Part shown: piece after piece, positions 14,017 to 26,939 of the stretch
Numbering within the stretch: the first letter of the stretch is position 1
Layout of the letters: each line of letters begins with the position of its first letter
Source: Oopsacas minuta
Lineage: Eukaryota; Animalia; Porifera
Direction of reading: 5' to 3'
Length of the DNA: 64,000 nucleotides
Assembly: GCA_024704765.1 (NCBI GenBank)
Contig: JAKMXF010000331.1
Location: 29,053 to 93,052 of the forward strand
Notes under the pieces: generated by a model
The model's database searches: none
The model's input: the letters and a program-made list of their open reading frames with translations, nothing else
What the model was told of the DNA's origin: nothing
Translations under genes and position numbers: made by a program

Positions 14017-14920
14017 CAGTCAATGGACAAAAGTATTCGACCACACAAATATATTGTCATAAATTGTATACTCTTTCCCGCTCCTATATATTGTGTAGTC
14101 TATATTCGTAGCTGCAATCTAGTAATTTGCATAGAATAACATATGTTTTCCGAGTATTTCAAAAAATATTTTCGATTTACACATTTTGAAGGTGTTAATT
14201 ATTAATAATCATTTGATAATTATTGATAATCAAATATGTGGTAATTCAAAACCTATTAAGAATCTGTAATTTCTGACTTGATATTTGAATTCTACGTAAG
14301 CGAATTACCCTAGATTTAAATTTCCAATGAGATTGAACAATTTTTACCAAAGTTATAGAAGAATTTCAATTTGTGCCACTTGAGCCACTTCTTGAAAAAA
14401 GTGGCACAGGCGGCAGGAAAAAGCGCCACTATGAGGAAATCAACTAGGGTTAGGAGGAATAAGTCAAAGTAATATTTTCGAATGATATGACTATGCTAAC
14501 CCTTGAATTACAAAATAACCTCTGGGTAACGACCACTTGTGCCACCTTGGGCAAAAGGTGGCACAAATTGAAATCTTCTATAACTTTGGTAAAAATTGTT
14601 CAATCTCATTGGAAATTTAAATCTAGGGTAATTCGCCTACGTAGAATTCAAATATCAGGTCAGAAATTACAGATTCTTAATAGGTTTTGAATTACCACAT
14701 AATTTGATTATCAATAATTATCAAATAATTATTAATAATTAACACCTTCAAAATGTGTAAATCGAAAATATTTTTTGAAATACTCGGAAAACATATGTTA
14801 TTCTATGCAAATTACTAGATTGCAGCTACGAATATAGACTACACAATATATAGGAGCAGGAAAGAGTATACAATTTATGACAATATATTTGTGTGGTCGA
14901 ATACTTTTGTCCCCTGACTG
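14017..14920. mobile_element. Tc1-type foldback MITE with 363-bp arms
   Basis: TA|CAGTCA...ACAAAAGTATTCGACCAC termini with TA flanks; arms 14017-14379 and 14558-14920 differ at about 8 positions; non-coding ~178-bp spacer. Confidence 0.92.
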
Positions 14921-15582
14921 TATAGTAAATCAACTCATTTAATTAGTTATTGACTTCTAAATTACCTGGACAGTCAACTCATGTTCAACTCGTATTGTCC
15001 TTACGCCAAGATAGTCAACTGATTTACTGTTGATATCTGGAAAACATTAGTTTCATTAGTGTAAATATAGGAAGTCTTATATGGGGATTTAATTTGTCAT
15101 ATTGGCATATTTGAAATGATTGTGGTTTGTGGGCTTTGTCGGTATGCACACTTTTTGAGATTATCCACATAGGAATGCCAATTAACGAAAAGAACATTAA
15201 ATAGTACCTTTGACAAGAATAAATATTTGTACTTACCAATACAAAGAATCTTGTTCTATAAACCATTTCAAGTAGAATTGATATCCTATGATTGCTTACA
15301 GATAGATTGTGTATTGATAATAATCACAAATAAAATATTGAGTCGAAGCATAGATATTATGTAATATTGTCGCTACTAATATATATCCTTATGAGGATAA
15401 TGACAACAGGTGTGAAAACTGCAATTATTAATAAACAAAACATTTTAAGTGTGCCAAAATTACCAATGGAATCACATATATGACTTCCTATCCAATAATA
15501 ATATATTGAATGCCGTTAGAACGGAATACATACAATATCTGACATGAGTTTAGAATAAACATCGCTGTGCGAACCTTTAAGG

Positions 15583-17907
15583 CAGGCTTGTCCAACCTAC
15601 GGCCCGCGAGAGGATTCTATCCGCCCGCCAACATGCTCGGGAACTGTTACCAGTTGGTGGCGATATTTAATTGAGTGAAACCTATTTGAGCGAACTCAAT
15701 TAAGAGAAACCCAATATTGCAAAACCAAATTGAATGAAACCAATTTCAGAAAATTGTGATTTCAATAACTTAAAAATCCTTAAATAACTTTGTATTTAGT
15801 TTTAATTGAGTAATCATCTGTCACATAACTGGGTTTCTCTCAACTCGAACAGCTCATATAAATTCCAAATAATAAACCATCTTAAACAATATTAAAATAA
15901 CTACAAAACAAATATGTCAACTCCCGTGATTAAAGCAAAGAAAAGGAAAATTGATAGTGAATGTCGAGTTTTCAAATCCTCATGGACATTAGATTTTTTC
16001 GTCGTAGAACACAACGAATACTTATTGTGCTTGATATGTCAGGAGAAGATAGCTGTATTCAAAGAGTATAATATCAAACGACATTACTCTACTAAACATG
16101 CAGATACATTTGACACGCTTACAGGTCAGGTGAGAATCGATCGGGTGAACCTGTTGAAGGATAGCACCAACAGTCAACAATCTTTCTTCAAAGCCGTTAA
16201 ATTAAGTTCTGAGACAGCAACAAAGATCAGCTTTCTGATAACAGAAGCGATAGCCAAGAGTGGAAAACCATTGTCTGAAGGGGAATTTGTAAAAGACTGC
16301 TTAGACATATTTACATCTGTGGCATGCCCAAATAAGAAGTCGATAGTAGAGAGCATCAGTCTGTCACATCAAACTGTTGCTAGAAGAGTAGATGATTTAT
16401 CATCCAACATTGAAATTTCACTAATTAAACGACTCAATGCTTGCAAATTTTACAGCTTGGCCCTTGATGAAAGTATCGATGTTAGCGACACAGCTCAACT
16501 GGCAATCTTTGTACGTGGTGTCACAGAAAATTTCGAAATAATCGAAGAACTGCTCGACTTATGTCCAATGAAAGGCACAACTACTGGGCAAGATATTTTC
16601 AATGTAGTAAAACATGTGTTTACGAAATTCAAACTTGCAGATGAAAAACTAAGTGGTTTAACAACCGATGGAGCCCCTGCGATGACAGGAAAGCATAAAG
16701 GCTTTGTTAGCCTTATGCTCAAATCAATGACCTCTCCTGTTATGGCATACCACTGCATTATTCATCAAGAACAACTTTGTGCAAAAACCTTAGATATGAA
16801 ACATGTGATGGAAATGTCGTCAATACAGTCAATTTCATAAGGTCGAAGGGACTCAATCACAGACAATTCCAAGCGTTACTTGCAGAGATAGGATCAGACT
16901 ATAACGATGTTATTTACTTTAGCCAAGTTCGCTGGCTCAGCAGAGCGTCCACTCTAGCCAGATACTGGTCACTACTTGAAGAAATAAAAACATTCATGAC
17001 CATTAAGGGAAAGGATGTGAGCTTTCTGGATGATGATCAGTGGTTGAATGATCTCGCATTTCTAGTTGACATAACTAAGTATCTCGCAGATTTAAATCTG
17101 AAACTACAAGGAAGAAAACAATTCGTTAACAACCTGTATGAGCATGTCAAAGCGTTCATCAACAAATTACAATCATTCCACCAACAATTTATTTTGAAAA
17201 GGTGGTACATTTCTCAACATTATCTTCAAGAAAAAGTGAGACAGTGAATCATGATAAGTATTCTGCACTGATCAACAGCTTAATCGATGAATTTAAACTA
17301 AGATTTTCTGATTTTAGTGACAAATTCGATGAAATGGAGTTGTTTGCAGATCCATTTGGAACTGATGCCACTAATGCTCCTGAAATGTTCCAACTGGAAC
17401 GAATTGAAATACAAAATAACTCGGAGAGAAAGAGAGCTTTTGCAGAGCATGACCTTCTGACATTTTATGGTCAATATGTTACATCGGATCTATTTCCTAA
17501 TTTATCGCAACACGCCCTTAGGTTCCTTTCCTTATTTGGCAGCACGTATTGCTGTGAACAGCTTTTCTCAATGATGAAAAATATTAGAAGCAAGTCTAGA
17601 TCTCTCCTGACAGACACTCATCTATCAGGAATATTACGGATTGCGACATCAAGTGTACGAGCAGATATTGACTCTTTGTGTAAACAAAAACAAAGTCAGA
17701 TATCCCATTAGATATGTTCTTTATTAGTAAAGTTTACTATAATTAAATAATACATGTAGTGATTTTTCAATTCTGAAATAATCCGTATTAATGCCATCCC
17801 CAAATAAATAACATCATGCTACCTTGATATATCCAATGTCGTGCGGCCCTCAAGTAGATAAAGAAGCCCTCATTTGGCCCGCGAACAAAAAAGGTTAGAC
17901 AAGCCTG
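15583..17907 (+). mobile_element. hAT transposon (SPIN/GTF2IRD2-like), full length
   Basis: TIRs CAGGCTTGTCCAACCT / AGGTTAGACAAGCCTG; perfect 8-bp TSD CTTTAAGG (15575-15582, 17908-17915). Confidence 0.95.
15914..17711 (+). pseudogene. hAT transposase (~600 aa) broken by two frameshifts
   Basis: Three overlapping ORFs with a BED-like CLIC...KRHY..KH, LALDES..VSDTAQL, TTDGAPAM, YHCIIHQ, VRWLS and C-terminal FGSTY.CEQLFS motifs. Confidence 0.92.
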
Positions 17908-19419
17908 CTTTAAGGGCATGACTAGTAGCTAATCTATGGAAGCTAAAGGGAGTGAGCGTAGCGTGGTATAAATTCAGAAAAAATCTGCCTAATGTATTAT
18001 TGCGGAAAAAAATTTATATCTTTTTCGTGGTTCAAACCTATCACGCTATTTAGGTTCGCCGCTATACAGATATGTAACAAAAATTTTCCCACTTCGCTCA
18101 CCCCCTTTGTTCACCATAGATTAGCTACTAGCTATGCCCTTGAAGTGTCGGATAAGCGATGTATATTCTAATTCATGTCACGGAATGTATGTATTCTCAA
18201 TAGAACGAAAGGGTCTCGAGATATCAATGTAAACACAAAGGCATAAATTGTAAGCTGATAACGAATATCAGTATTAACGATAACAACTTCTGACTACTAT
18301 GCTGTTTATATTATATACGTATACATATTCTGGAATTCTAATCTTTTCTAATGATTCATATCTAGCTTTTGGCGCCTCTGAATTACAATACAATAATCGG
18401 ATATTTCAACTATTAAACTGACATTTTTGATTTGAGAATCCATATATAGACTCTCGTGCAGTCCCAAACTAACTAATTAATTTCTAGCTTAGATTATTCC
18501 GTAAATAAATCTCTCACTGATGGATCCTTGTTCTATGAATGAAGTTTGATGAACCAATTGGACAAGAATTTCCATTTCATATTTATCCGAGATATCCATG
18601 CCATTTTACACTGTAACCAAGGAATTGGGTGGATTTATATCGATTTTCCAATAATTTGACGCTTTCTCGATATTACCATAGTAAATTTATAATCTGAAAA
18701 AAACAAAATTCAAGTAATTATCTTTGATTGAATTCTGGATATTGCGGATTCAAAATTCAAAAATTTCTCGAAAATCCCATAATTTAGTGACAATGAAGCT
18801 GTCAGTGCATAGTTGGAATGTGAGAAGGAATTATAGAGTTTCCAAAACATCACATAATATATATTCGTCAGAATATAGAACTTTCAAACAACATCGAGTT
18901 TTATGAAATTTATGAACATTTTCTGAATGAACCACATTTAAAATTGTGTATGATATAAATTAAGGTGCTCCAAAAATTTAGTCTATGCCAGCTTTCTTTT
19001 TCACCTAGCCTTACATATTTGCAGACTATTTTTAGAACATGGCTCAAGAATGTATCTTCCCAAAATGCAATGGAAGTAGTCCATGAACTACTGTAACCCA
19101 AATTGGCATCTCCTATCTTATTAATGCAATCACGCAATGAAAGGACATATTTCAAAGTGAACTGGAAGCAAGGAGACAAGACCATTCAAACATCAACATA
19201 CAAGTCTAAGACGCATATTAATCGAGTTCTCACAAAACATGGCGCAAATCCTTCGTCTGATATTGAACCACTACAGATAAGAAGAAAGTGTGATCACCAC
19301 AGCTTTTTGTGTAAATATCATTCATTGTGTTCTCTTGTGGCTACGATTGTATTCGCTTGATCCTTTACAAAACTTTACAACTATAATTCTTAACTAGTGT
19401 AACAAATGAAATGATCAAC

Positions 19420-20940
19420 TTGCTGAGTATGTTAGAATAAGTGTGCTCAGTGCAACTTCTGCCTACATGCAGCAGATGCGCAATATCACAAATATTGTTA
19501 TGATGGCTTTTTCAAAGTTATCTATATCAACTAGTATATCATATGATGAAGATATTGATAAAGTGATACAGAAATTTATGATGAAAAAGTCGTCTGTGCA
19601 CAATAACTGAACTATATGATGATTATGATAAGCAGCAATATCAAAAACACCCTTGAGAAGAAATGCCTAGCTTCCAAAATTTAACAGCGAATTGGGATCA
19701 CTTCGTGGAAATGAAAATTGAAGGAACTGCAAGTTTGTCGTGTCTCAAGAATCATATCTCAGCTAAGTTAAGTTCGTATAGAAATGCAAAAACATATATC
19801 TGACTGTCGACATCTTAGCGAAGAGGTCAATAAATGAAACAAATAGCATATTCAAGCAAATGACTATGATCTCAGGAAATTTACTGCAGAAAATGGTGGT
19901 CAACTCGAGCAGCACGCGTCTTACTTTCAAGTCAAAATTGATTTCAAGTAACAAGAAATCCCTGAGCATTACCCATTCAATTCAGTGTCATATCAACAAC
20001 CAATATAACCAAACTTCATCAGGTCTTGTAGTCAAACCCTACCATAAGTTTGGTTAAGGGAACTGATCGACGTGTTGAATGAATATGGCTCTATATCATC
20101 ATACAAAGATGCCCTATGCTTTAGGATTACTGTAACCAAATATAGCCCAAAAAGCATATACTAGCTGAGGTTTGATTCCAAACTCAGCAAAATTGATGGG
20201 TGGATGGTTTGATAACTATGATCCAAATGTTATGGCTAAGAATGGTCAAAGGGATACCGCCATGGCAATTGAGTGGAGACAACAAGAATGCGATGAAGAG
20301 AATAATGAAACTAATGAAAATGATGTGATTCCCAGGTAGGAAAGAAATGAAAGAACTAAAATTGAGTGAGTCATACAATTTCAGCATTATCAAGGACCAA
20401 ATATACACTATCTAGCTAGAGTTGAGAAGCCATACGACCAAGCCTTCTATGCCAACCTGACCACAGAAGTGTATCAACTACATTACATTTAATACTAATT
20501 GGATGGTAAATATTATATTAAGTCATGAAAAGAATATACTCACACCTGGGTAGTTTGGAGCTATGGCAGCTACTGCAAGGAAAGTAGGTGAGATAAAGAT
20601 GGCCACCAAGTTTGTATTTACACGACTTATTGATGCTAAACAAGTTATCCAGATACTGTGCTGACCTCGATAGCCACTATAGAGAAGTTTGATCAAGGTC
20701 ATGGACAGCATTACCTCTATGTGGAGGCAGAAATGAACTATATAATCTGGCTGTAGATATCAAAAGTTCTGGTGAGCAAGGATGAAAAAGTTTGGTCATA
20801 CGCCCAGGAAGAATGCACACGATAACGTCCTTCCTGGATTGTATAGGGCGTAAATGTGGAGTACAGGCCATGATGTAATCTTTTAATCAAGCATTCAATG
20901 GCGTTTGCAATAACTAAATTAATAGTCATGGGCAAAATCC
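19420..20940 (+). pseudogene. Decayed large DNA-transposon transposase (possibly Academ-like; family uncertain)
   Basis: Manual translation gives LHAADAQYHKYCY, IQCHINNQYNQTSSGLVVKPYHKFG, GWFDNYD and LVIRPGRMHTITSFLDCIG, in the order I recall for a widespread invertebrate transposase family; many stops. Confidence 0.5.
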
Positions 20941-21149
20941 TTTTGCTGACTACAATTATGAGCAGGGTAGTGGAGGATGAAGGAACATCAGTCTAAAAAT
21001 GTTTTTTGAAAATATATGCGTGAACTCGTCCCGAAAGACATGAGGGCTATACATACAACCTGGTCTAATAGAAGGTGACCGAGTATAAACTGATCCATCT
21101 AAAATTTCGAACACTTTCAATGATTAATTTTCTTCGACATACAGTAAAT

Positions 21150-21292
21150 ATTCATTAACACTAGGTACTAATGGACCAGAATACTTGGGTTTATCAGTGT
21201 GTAGGCACTAAGGTTGATTCAGATTCCAAATTGTTTTTCAAACCTTTGAACAAGGAAGCCGTTTATGGATACGTAATTGCATTGAATAAATA
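21150..21292 (+). mobile_element. CR1/L2 LINE remnant, part 5' of the Ginger2 insertion
   Basis: FKPLNKEAVYGYVIALN continues after 26089 into NK.T.PDDLSPKVLKLAAPI, the usual LINE sequence just before RT. Confidence 0.55.
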
Positions 21293-21375
21293 TGTTACAG
21301 TCAATGTATAAAATCAGTCAATTTACAAATTGACTGAAAATTCCAGTCAATTGTAAATTGACTGATTCACTTAGG

Positions 21376-24275
21376 CAGGGGTTTACAACCTGGGGATCGC
21401 GAAGGCTTTCTAGGTGGGTCGCGAAAAGTTCAGATAATTTATATGACATGATTAAAATTTATCTATTAGGCCATATAAAATAATATACCTGTTTATCATC
21501 CCCACCCGCCCCTATTTAATATCCCTCCTCGGTAATTATTTTTATTTTAATACATATCTTTATTTAATGCTTATATTCGTAGATGAGCATCTTCGAAACA
21601 AGCTAATTAATTAACACTAGCGCCCTTCACTTGCTAGGTTGCTGGGCAGTGTGGCTAATCATGTGATTTTTCGAAATCCAAAAAAGGTGGCAATGGCATC
21701 ATAATTTCGTCAGGTGTAAATTTTCGTCTAAGACTCAAAGCTGTCCGAGTCAGGCCCAAATACCCCTCCCTGTATGGCAAAATCAGCCCTGTGGTGTGCA
21801 CTAAATTTTTATTATTATTATTTTTTATCATTATTATTCTATAGAATCATAGATTAATCGCGTTTTCCATATACAGTGTAAGCTTAATACGAACACCAAT
21901 GGACCGTACGGTTAAATTTTATCCACCTTTCTGGAATTCATAAACCGGAGTAATATCCATTGAAGTACGGTTGTAGAGATCTGATTATGTACGAATATTA
22001 TTCGTCTTATCAGAAATTCGTATTAACGAGATAGTTTAAATAAATTAGTAAAATTATGCTAAGCAAAAATAAAAATAAAAAGCCACCTCCCGCCCCTATT
22101 TCGCAGGAAAAATGGAAGAGAAACAAGTAATATATTTTACATGGCCTTAATAAGCCAAAATGGTTTAAATTATTAATTTTTAGCTGAATTTAAAATGCAT
22201 TGTGGGTGTATTACGTTGCATTGCTTTGTGCAATGAACATGCTATGTACGCGCGCAATGTGCTTTCAGCTCATGTACAATGGTTTTAATTACGTGTATAT
22301 GACATTGTTATTGTATTTCATGACAATACTGGCATCTTATCCATTGGAACTTGAGGTGTCTAGACTTAATTTCAACAATAGAAATAATTTCCATACTGAT
22401 TATACGTGGATAGTTCACAATATAAATATATAAATACTCCAATTAGTTATATTCTGTTTACGTATATCCCTTGACATTTCTCATTTTATCTTCGTACTTC
22501 AATTTTTACAAATTCCAGCTTTCAAAAAGCACTGTTAAGATGGCTGGAAAAAGCAACATTAAAAAGCGAACTTACTCCGAAGACTATTTAAAATTTGGAT
22601 TTATGAGTATCAACAGTCGTGATGGTATAAAGGCACAATGTGTAATTTGTTTCAAAGTATTGTCAGTAGAATCTATGAAACAATTCCAGCTAAAAAGACA
22701 TTTTGAAAAGGAACATCCCGATTATGAGGATAAAGTTATTTCTTTCTTTCAACAAATGGTGGACACTGTAAAGAAGACTAAGCTCGATGCTACTGGTGAT
22801 TTTCAAACTAGTTCAAAATCAGCTCTAGAAGCCTCTTATATTGTATCATTACGGATTGCAAAGCAAAGAAACCTCATACAATTGGAGAAGAATTAATACT
22901 TCCATGTACAAAGCCATTGTACGCCTTATGATTGGCACTGATGCAGAGAGAAAACTTACTAATATATCTTTGTCCGATAACACTGTGCAGCGTCGAATTA
23001 TGGATCTTTCTGAGGATATTAAGAATCAGGTTGTGGGAGAGATTAAAGAATCCCCCCCAGGATGATTTAGCCTACAATTGGATGAATCCATAGATGTTGC
23101 ATCATATGCTCAACTCCTGTTTTCGTAAGGTACATCTATAAATCAGATTTTAAAGATGAATTTTTATTTTGTGATCAAATTACTTGCGAACACGTGGAAT
23201 CGATATTTACAATAAATTAGGTTCCTTTATCGAACGTGAAGGCCTTAAATATGAAAACTATTATCTAATTGCACAGATGGTGCTCGAGCAATGCTTGGTT
23301 GTCGTTCTGGATTCATGAAGCATATAAAAGAATCTGCACTGTATGTTACAGGAAATCACTGTATGATACATAGAGAAGCATTGGCATCAAAAACTTTTTC
23401 AGATGCACTGGAATGTGTTTTACGAGTTTCCATCAAAATTGTAAATTGCATTAAATCAAGTGCTCTGAATACACGGATTTTCCGAAATCTTTGTCTTGAT
23501 ATGGATACGACGACATAACGCTTTTGTACCACACAAAGGTTCGTTGGTCGCCAAAAGGAAATGTATTTAAGCGTCTTCTTGATTTGCATGTAGAAGTTAA
23601 AGATTTTTCAAGTTGCAAAATAAAGAAGACTGGGTAGCACTATTTAATAATAATTCTTGGCTCCTGAGCCTCTCTTATCTCGCTGATATCTTCGAAAAGC
23701 TAACTGCTTTCTAAAGTATGCTCGACCTGTGGATAAGGAAGATCGAAGATGGGAGAATGGACATGTTTTCTAGGGTGACAAATTTGATTGAAATCCATGA
23801 TTATCGATTACCTGAAGAGTTGAGAGATGCAATTATTTTACACCTCAAAGTTATGAAGGATGAATATACGCGATATTTCACAGAAATTAGGAAATCAGAC
23901 TTTAATTTAGTCCAAAACCCTTTTGTTCAAAAATTGGAAGATTGTATTACAGATGATCAGGATGACGCCCAAGAAGAATTTATAAATTTGATTAATGACT
24001 CGGGAGCAAAGGTTCTGTTTTCAACGATGAGTGTTCAACAGTTTTTGTGTTCCATGTTACATACCTATCCATTGGTATCACAAATCGAAATTAAGGCACT
24101 ACTACTATTTCCTTCTACCTACTTAAGTGAAACAGGCTTCTCCAGTCTACTAACAATTAAAACGAAAAATTGAAATATATTGAATGTTGAATATGATTTA
24201 AGATGCTGTCTTTCTAAAACCGAGGCAAGGATTTCTCAACTTGTTGAAAAAAACAGTTTCAACCCTCACATTTAG
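21376..24275 (+). mobile_element. hAT Buster/Charlie-type (ZBED5/ZBED8-like) transposon, right end missing
   Basis: Left TIR CAGGGGTTTACAACCTGGGGATCGCG inserted in the Ginger2 TIR; transposase fragments 22540-24270 (QCVICFKVLS..SMK..QLKRH, LQLDES, TDGA.AM, HCMIHREAL, FPSTYL.ETGFS); no right TIR seen. Confidence 0.85.
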
Positions 24276-24391
24276 CATATAAATGAAAATTTCATTCATA
24301 ATTATATATATATGTGTTGAATGTTGTTGTGCCGTATTTGGATAGCGGTTACCTGAGACGAAGGAGCAGATAAAGTTGTTGAAGAAGTAGC

Positions 24392-25699
24392 TTATGAGGG
24401 ATCAGGTGACTTATCTTCTTGTATAGGAAGATTTGGAGAAACTGTGGTCTGGTTACCTGAAGAGACTTGAGAGGGGTCAGATTGCTGATATGCAGCCATT
24501 AGGTCGTCTTCGGACACAAAGCGTTCTAGTATTACACTAGGAAGGGATCCTGAACGTAGTTCAACTTGTGCATCACGTCCAAACAGGGCCTTGAAAGGGG
24601 ATAGTTTAATTCGAGAATGGTAACCACTGTTCTTCTGAAACTGCACAAAACGAAGCCCAGTTGGTCAATCTGTGGAGTTATTGTCACCTAACTAGGCAGT
24701 TGGTATGTCTTTGACGTCACAATAAAGTCTCTCAACTGATCCCTGGCTTTCGGGATGGCGAGGTTCACCATAGACCATAAGTAGATCAGGCCAAATAACC
24801 TTCAGTTCAGTGATGACTGATGCTGTAAATTCACTGCCGTTGTCACTTTGGAGAATTTGAGGGCGCCTAGTAACAAGAAAATGTCAACCAGTTGCCACGC
24901 TTAAGTGGTCTTGATAAACCATGATCCAGCGATATGAAACTTTGCACATAGACTGCATGTCAATGAGGTCAACCTGAGCACGGGAACCAAAGTCTTTGGA
25001 CAGAATTGGCTTCACAAAAACACACTTAGTGGTGGAACGCTTACGTTTTTGTTGACATTGAACACAGAGAGATTTGTAGAGCTCAATGGAGTCGCAAGTG
25101 ACGTTTGCATATTTGTTCAAAGCTTTAATCATCTTGTCCCGACCGCCATGGCCGCATGTAATATGGGCGCGTTTAATGATGTCAAACATATCATCTATGT
25201 GAGTAAAATAAACAAGTTCTTGGAGCCTTCACTTTGCTTTCGAATCAACTTCTCAACATCGCCACACTGAAAAATTGCGTACCTGTAAAATATACAAAAA
25301 TATGTCACTTAATCGATGCCAGTAACATAGTACACAACCGTGCTACCGTAGTGCACAATATTATTGGCATATTTTCCATGTACAGCACAGGAAACCTAAA
25401 ACATCTTACGTACGTAGGCTCTATACATTTAATAGAGAACTAATTAAGGGATTGTATAGAACATTTGTTTGACCTGAATCCAAGTAATGCAGCTATGACT
25501 CAAGTTTTAATTGTTGAACCAATAATTATTTGTTCGCATACCTGCCAATGATATAGTACTGCCTGTTGGACTTCTTCGTGGTGTCAGATGCAACTTTAAC
25601 CTCTTCAAGCAATAAAAAATACTCGTGTTTGGTCATCAATAATGATTTGGTCTCAAAGCTTTTTCATTTCAACATCTCCTCACGGAAAGACTGTTCCAT
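24392..25699 (-). pseudogene. Ginger2 integrase/transposase pseudogene with a 259-bp intron (25283-25541)
   Basis: H-x4-H/C-x2-C zinc-binding motif, QVDLIDM, QSDNGSEF and SQGSVER (D-36-E); spliced junction IIGR|YAIFQCGDVEKLI; stop, frameshifts and an internal deletion. Confidence 0.85.
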
Positions 25700-26083
25700 A
25701 GTGCCCGACATCTTTCAGAGTTATGAGAGTGTTCATATTACCTTGCCTTTTTATACTCCAGAATATTTCACGTTGATAGATGCTTGCCTTTGATTTGTTT
25801 TTATTGAGGATAAACTACTTTGAGTCAGGTTTCTCTTATACATTTCAATTCTTAAGTAGAGTTGACATATATGTTTTGGAATAACAATAATTGCAAGATT
25901 TCCCATAATTCACTACTTTGTTGATTTGAAATTCGTATATGTTTTCAGTCAATCTGTCAAAAAAACGACCAATGATTCAGTCAATTTGTATATTGGCTGA
26001 AAATTCTAGCCAATTTGTTTGTAAATTGCCTAAGTGAATCAGTCAATTTATAAATTGACTGATTTTATACATTGACTGTAACA

Positions 26084-26760
26084 TAAATAAGTAAACTCAA
26101 CCTGACGACCTAAGTCCAAAGGTTTTGAAACTAGCAGCTCCTATAGTTTCTACTCACCTATCCCTTATAATAAAATGTGTATATCAAAGGAATAAACCCA
26201 AAATGTTTGAAAAGTGCAAAGCGAGACCAGTTTATTAAAAAGGTTCGAGATCAGACAAATCAAATTACCGTCCTATTTCCATATTGGCAGCGTTGAGTAC
26301 AATTATTGGAAGACATTTGTATGATGAAATATATTAGTATAGTTAGTGGAAACCAACTCTTGTTTCCTTTCAATAAGGTTTTAGAAGTTCCCTTAATCAT
26401 AAATCGTAGAAAAAGCAACTGTATGTTAATCACAACCAGGCAGAAAGTTAATAGATTACAAAGGTAAGATTTGTGTATAAATATTGAAGGAGGACGTATG
26501 TAAAGAGCAAGTATTATCAAGAACTTTGGTGTACTTGTTGATAGCAGTTTGGATATTAAAGAACAAATTATTTCATTTCAAATTATAATGCTATCTCAAA
26601 TAATTAATTACACTTTGCTGCCATTACTGATACTATGTTATAATTGGACACGTGAAATCTTCCATTACGTAAAAGGTGCGCCAGTTCTACAATCATTACG
26701 CTATCGTGGGAATGTACATATTGATATAAAAGAATCAGGAGTTAAATCACCTCTGGCAAG
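26084..26760 (+). mobile_element. CR1/L2 LINE reverse transcriptase remnant
   Basis: PDDLSPKVLKLAAPIV, KG.RSDKSNYRPISILAALS, then KNFGVLVDSSL; internally deleted. Confidence 0.75.
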
Positions 26761-26939
26761 ACTTAGATAAATACTTAGTTTGACAAAACTAAGTTCAAAA
26801 CAAATTTTGAATCAGTATCCTTTAATAAATACCAAATTAATTTTTGCTATGTAATCTTGAAAGATATTTAGTTTTAACAAAAATTAGGTTTAAGCTGTTT
26901 AGCGAATAAAGCCCTAGTATTGATTGAAGAAACTGGAAG

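Larger units (their letters stand above)
15513..18207. mobile_element. ~370-bp palindromic MITE split by the hAT insertion
   Basis: tgacatgagtttagaataaacatcgc...tttaagg|gcatgactagtagctaatctatgg mirrors ccatagattagctactagctatgcccttgaag...gcgatgtatattctaattcatgtca (18115-18180). Outer ends are approximate. Confidence 0.7.
21293..26083 (-). mobile_element. Ginger2/TDD-type (KRBA2/SCAND3-like integrase) DNA transposon
   Basis: TGTTACAGTCAATGTATAAAATCAGTCAATT...AATTGACTGATTTTATACATTGACTGTAACA termini (TGT...ACA); flanked on both sides by TAAATA; contains an integrase pseudogene. Confidence 0.8.

Noticed and set aside
16174-16758. Antisense ORFs overlapping transposases (also 29314-29859, 47527-47796, 53536-53805)
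   Set aside because: Shadow ORFs opposite real coding sequence, with no independent motifs.
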